In this document: positions 58,725-64,000 of the stretch, piece after piece
How the letters are laid out: the number at the start of each line of letters is the position of its first letter
How positions within the stretch are numbered: the stretch's first letter is position 1
NCBI GenBank assembly: GCA_030390025.1
Contig: CM059432.1
Coordinates: 89,096,001 to 89,160,000 of the forward strand
From: Squalus acanthias
Lineage: Eukaryota
Direction of reading: 5' to 3'
DNA length: 64,000 nt
Program-made: the position numbers and the translations under genes
The notes under the pieces: model-generated
What the model saw: only the letters and a program-made list of their open reading frames with translations
What the model was told of the DNA's origin: nothing
Database searches by the model: none

Positions 58725-61700
58725 GTGATGGTTTGAGTTGTGATGGTTTGAGGTGCGATGGTTTGAGTTGCGATGGTTTGAGGTGGGATGGTTTGAATTT
58801 TGATGGTTTGAGGTGCGATGGTTTGAGATGCGATGGTTTGAGTTGCGATGGTTTGAGATGCGATGGTTTGAGGTGGGATGGTTTGAGAAGCGATGGTTTG
58901 AGATGCGATGGTTTTAGATGCGATGGTTAGAGTTGCGATGGTTTGAGATGCGATGGTTTGAGATGCGATGGTTTGAGATGCGATGGTTTTAGATGCGATG
59001 GTTTGAGATGCGATGGTTTTAGATGCGATGGTTTTAGATGCGATGGTTTGAGTTGCGATGGTTTGAGATGCGATGGTTTGAGTTGCGATGGTTTGCGATG
59101 CGATGGTTTGAGTTGCGATGGTTTGAGGTGCGATGGTTTGAATTTTGATGGTTTGAGGTGCGATGGTTTGAGATGCGATGGTTTGAGTTGCGATGGTTTG
59201 AGATGCGATGGTTTTAGATGCGATGGTTTGAGTTGCGATGGTTTGAGATGCGATGGTTTGAGGTGGGATGGTTTGAGGTGCGATGGTTTGAGGTGGGATG
59301 GTTTGAGGTGCGATGGTTTGAGGTGGGATGGTTTGAGGTGGGATGGTTTGAGATGCGATGGTTTGAGGTGGGATGATTTGAGGTGCGATGGTTTGAGATG
59401 CGATGGTATGAGATGCGATGGTTTGAGTTGCGATGGTTTGAGTTGCGATGGTTTGAGGTGGGATGGTTTGAGGTGTGATGGTTTGAGGTGGGATGGTTTG
59501 AGATGCGATGGTTTGAGGTGGGAAAGTTTGAGGTGGGATGGTGTGAGGTGGGATGGTTTGAGATGCGATGGTTTGAGGTGGGAAAGTTTGAGGTGGGATG
59601 GTGTGAGGTGGGATGGTTTGAGGTGGGATGGTTTGAGGTGGGATGGTTTGAGGTGCGATGGTTTGAGGTGCGATGGTTTGAGGTGCGATGGTTTGAGTTG
59701 CGATGGTTTGAGATGCGATGGTATGAGTTGTGATGGTTTGAGGTGCGATGGTTTGAGGTGCGATGGTTTGAGGTGCGATGGTTTGAGGTGGGATGGTTTG
59801 AGGTGGGATGGTTTGAGTTGCGATGGTTTGAGGTGCGATGGTTTGAGTTGCGATGGTTTGAGGTGGGATGGTTTGAGTTGCGATGGTTTGAGGTGGGATG
59901 GTTTGAGTTGCGATGGTTTGAGATGGGATGGTTTGAGTTGCGATGGTTTGAGGTGGGATGGTTTGAGGTGGGATAGTTTGAGGTGGGATGGTTTGAGATG
60001 CGATGGATTGAGATGCGATGGTTTGAGTTGCGATGGTTTGAGATGCGATGGTTTGAGATGCGATGGTTTGAGATGCGATGGTTTGAGATGCGATGGTTTG
60101 AGATGCGATAGTTTGAGGTGGGATGGTTTGAGATGCGATAGTTTGAGTTGCGATGGTTTGAGATGTGATGGTTTGAGATGCGATGGTTTGAGGTGGGATG
60201 GTTTGAGGTGGGATGGTTTGAGGTGGGATGGTTTGAGGTGCGATGGTTTGAGGTGGGATGGTTTTAGGTGCGATTGTTTGAGGTGGGATGGTTTGAGGTG
60301 GGATGGTTTGAGGTGCGATGGTTTGAGGTGCGATGGTTTGAGATGCGATGGTTTGAGATGCGATGGTTTGAGTTGCGATGGTTTGAGATGCGATGGTTTG
60401 AGATGCGATGGTTTGAGTTGGGATGGTTTGAGATGCGATGGTTTGAGATGCGATGGTTTGAGTTGCGATGGTTTGAGATGCGATGGTTTGAGATGCGATG
60501 GTTTGAGTTGCGATGGTTTGAGATGCGATGGTTTGAGTTGCGATGGTTTGAGATGCGATGGTTTGAGTTGCGATGGTTTGAGATGCGATGGTTTGAGATG
60601 CGATGGTTTGAGATGCGATGGTTCGAGTTGCGATGGTTTGAGATGCGATGGTTTGAGTTGCGATGGTTTGAGGTGGGATGGTTTGAGTTGCGATGGTTTG
60701 AGGTGGGATGGTTTGAGGTGGGATGGTTTGAGATGCGATGGTTTGAGGTGCGATGGTTTGAGGTGGGATGCTTTGAGATGCGATGGTTTGAGGTGGGATG
60801 GTTTGAGGTGGGATGGTTTGAGATGCGATGGTTTGAGGTGGGATGGTTTGAGGTGGGATGGTTTGAGGTGCGATGGTTTGAGGTGGGATGGTTTGAGGTG
60901 CGATGGTTTGAGATGCGATGGTTTGAGGTGGGATGGTTTGAGTTGGGATGGTTTGAGGTGGGATGGTTTGAGGTGGGATGGTTGGAGGTGCGATGGTTTG
61001 AGGTGGGATGGTTTGAGTTGCGATGGTTTGAGTTGCGATGGTTTGAGGTGGGATGGTTTGAGGTTGGATGGTTTGAGATGCGATGGTTTGAGGTGCGATG
61101 GTTTGAGGTGGGATGGTTTGAGGTGGGATGGTTTGAGGTGGGATGGTTTGAGGTGGGATGGTTTGAGGTGCGTTGGTTTGAGGTGGGATGGTTTGAGGTG
61201 GGATAGTTTGAGGTGCGATGGTTTGAGGTGCGATGGTTTGAGGTGCGATGGTTTGAGGTGGGATGGTTTGAGATGCGATGGTATGAGTTGCGATGGTTTG
61301 AGATGCGATGGTTTGAGATGCGATGGTTTGAGTTGCGATGGTTTGAGATGCGATGGTTTGAGGTGGGATGGTTTGAGTTGCGATGGTTTGAGGTGGGATG
61401 GTTTGAGTTGGGATGGTTTGAGGTGGGATGTTTTGAGATGCGATGGTTTGAGATGCGATGGTTTGAAATGCGATCGTTTGAGGTGCGATGGTTTGAGATG
61501 CGATGGATTGAGATGCGATGGTTTGAGTTGCGATGGTTTGAGTTGCAATCGTTTGAGGTGGGATGGTTTGAGGTGCGATAGTTTGAGGTGGGATGGTTTG
61601 AGGTGGGATGGTTAGAGGTGGGATAGTTTGAGGTGGGATGGTTTGAGGTGCGATGGTTTGAGATGCGATGGTATGAGTTGCGATGGTTTGAGATGCGATG

Positions 61701-64000
61701 GTTTGAGGTGCGATGGTTTGAGGTGGGATCGTTTGAGGTGGGATGGTTTGAGATGCGATGGTGTGAGTTGCGATGGATTGAGATGCGATGGTTTGAGGTG
61801 AGATGGTTTGAGATGCGATGGATTGAGATGCAATGGTTTGAGTTGCAATGGTTTGAGGTGGGATGGTTTGAGGTGGGATGGTTTGAGGTGGGATGGTTTG
61901 AGGTGGGATGGTTTCAGCTGGGATGGTTTGAGGTGGGATGGTTTGATGTGGGATGGTTTGAGGTGGGATAGTTTGAGGTGGGATGGTTTGAGGTGCGATG
62001 GTTTGAGGTGCGATGGTTTGAGGTGTGATGGTTTGAGGTGGGATGGTTTGAGGTGGGATGGTTTGAGATGCGATGGTTTGAGGTGGGATGGTTTGAGGTG
62101 GGATGGTTTGAGGTGGGATGGTTTGAGGTGGGATGGTTGGAGGTGCGATGGTTTGAGGTGGGATGGTTTGAGTTGCGATGGTTTGAGTTGCGATGGTTTG
62201 AGGTGGATGGTTTGAGGTGGGATGGTTTGAGATGCGATGGTTTGAGGTGCGATGGTTTGAGGTGGGATGGTTTGAGGTGGGATGGTTTGAGGTGGGATGG
62301 TTTGAGGTGCGTTGGTTTGAGGTGGGATGGTTTGAGGTGGGATGGTTTGAGGTGCGATGGTTTGAGGTGCGATGGTTTGAGGTGCGATGGTTTGAGGTGG
62401 GATGGTTTGAGATGCGATGGTATGAGTTGCGATGGTTTGAGATGCGATGGTTTGAGATGCGATGGTTTGAGTTGCGATGGTTTGAGATGCGATGGTTTGA
62501 GGTGGGATGGTTTGAGTTGCGATGGTTTGAGGTGGGATGGTTTGAGTTGGGATGGTTTGAGGTGGGATGTTTTGAGATGCGATGGTTTGAGATGCGATGG
62601 TTTGAAATGCGATAGTTTGAGGTGCGATGGTTTGAGATGCGATGGATTGAGATGCGATGGTTTGAGTTGCGATGGTTTGAGTTGCAATCGTTTGAGGTGG
62701 GATAGTTTGAGGTGCGATAGTTTGAGGTGGGATGGTTTGAGGTGGGATGGTTTGTGGTGGGATGGTTTGAGGTGGGATGGTTTGAGGTGGGATGGTTTGA
62801 GGTGGGATGGTTTGAGGTGGGATGGTTTGAGGTGCGATGGTTTGAGATGCGATGGTATGAGGTGGGATGGTTTGAGGTGCGATGGTTTGAGGTGGGATGG
62901 TTTGAGTTGGGATGGTTTGAGGTGGGATGTTTTGAGATGCGATGGTTTGAGATGCGATGGTTTGAAATGCGATAGTTTGAGGTGCGATGGTTTGAGATGC
63001 GATGGATTGAGATGCGATGGTTTGAGTTGCGATGGTTTGAGTTGCAATCGTTTGAGGTGGGATGGTTTGAGGTGCGATAGTTTGAGGTGGGATGGTTTGA
63101 GGTGGGATGGTTTGTGGTGGGACGGTTTGAGGTGGGATGGTTTGAGGTGGGATGGTTTGAGGTGGGATGGTTTGAGGTGGGATGGTTTGAGGTGCGATGG
63201 TTTGAGATGCGATGGTATGAGGTGGGATGGTTTGAGGTGCGATGGTTTGAGGTGGGATGGTTTGAGGTGGGATGGTTTGAGGTGCGATGGTTTGAGGTGG
63301 GATGGTTAGAGGTGGGATAGTTTGAGGTGGGATGGTTTGAGGTGCGATGGTTTGAGATGCGATGGTATGAGTTGCGATGGTTTGAGATGCGATGGTTTGA
63401 GGTGCGATGGTTTGAGGTGGGATGGTTTGAGGTGGGATGGTTTGAGATGCGATGGTGTGAGTTGCGATGGATTGAGATGCGATGGTTTGAGGTGAGATGG
63501 TTTGAGATGCGATGGATTGAGATGCAATGGTTTGAGTTGCAATGGTTTGAGGTGGGATGGTTTGAGGTGCGATGGTTTGAGGTGGGATGGTTTGAGGTGG
63601 GATGGTTTGCAGCTGGGATGGTTTGAGGTGGGATGGTTTGAGGTGGGATGGTTTGAGGTGGGATAGTTTGAGGTGGGATGGTTTGAGGTGCGATGGTTTG
63701 AGGTGCGATGGTTTGAGGTGTGATGGTTTGAGGTGGGATGGTTTGAGGTGGGCTGGTTTGAGATGCGATGGTTTGAGGTGGGATGGTTTGAGATGGGATG
63801 GTTTGAGGTGGGATGGTTTGAGGTGGGATGGTTTGAGGTGGGATGGTTTGAGGTGGGATGGTTTGAGGTGGGATGGTTGAGGTGCGATGGTTTGAGGTGG
63901 GATGGTTTGAGTTGCGATGGTTTGAGTTGCGATGGTTTGAGGTGGGATGGTTTGAGGTGGGATGGTTTGAGATGCGATGGTTTGAGGTGCGATGGTTTGA
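58725..64000. repeat. 15-bp tandem satellite, ~350 units, running off the window
   Basis: Consensus GATGGTTTGAG(A/G/T)TG(C/G). Confidence 0.99.

Noticed and set aside
58927..63880. Long ORFs of 873, 890 and 423 aa (LKPSH / DGLRC / WFEVG repeats)
   Set aside because: These arise because the 15-bp unit has no stop in those frames. They occur on both strands, have no unique domain, and are broken by phase slips.

Overview
Repeat-dominated eukaryotic DNA with no intact host gene that I can support. The repeat families (HE1/V-SINE, SacSINE1-like DeuSINE, HER1-like CR1 LINEs, Penelope palindromes) point to a cartilaginous fish. The window is a dense nest of PIF/Harbinger DNA transposons: two-gene elements (DDE transposase plus a convergent 3-exon Myb/SANT gene), their deletion derivatives and MITEs. 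These are interleaved with CR1, L2 and RTE LINE fragments, hAT MITEs and SINEs, and a >5 kb 15-bp satellite closes the window. The outstanding feature is a deleted, env-only LTR provirus on the minus strand (~44.48-48.58 kb) inside a Harbinger transposase. It has a ~1.27 kb 3' LTR, a polypurine tract, a 361-bp remnant of the 5' LTR, and a ~707-codon envelope gene with two in-frame stops and no frameshift. The envelope reads as signal peptide, immunoglobulin-like domain, Pro/Thr linker, paramyxovirus-F2-like segment, furin site RQRR, fusion peptide, heptad and Cys-rich F1-like ectodomain, then TM. That is a lokiretrovirus/foamy-type F-like Env carrying an apparent N-terminal Ig domain. All family assignments come from motif recognition by eye, without database searches.
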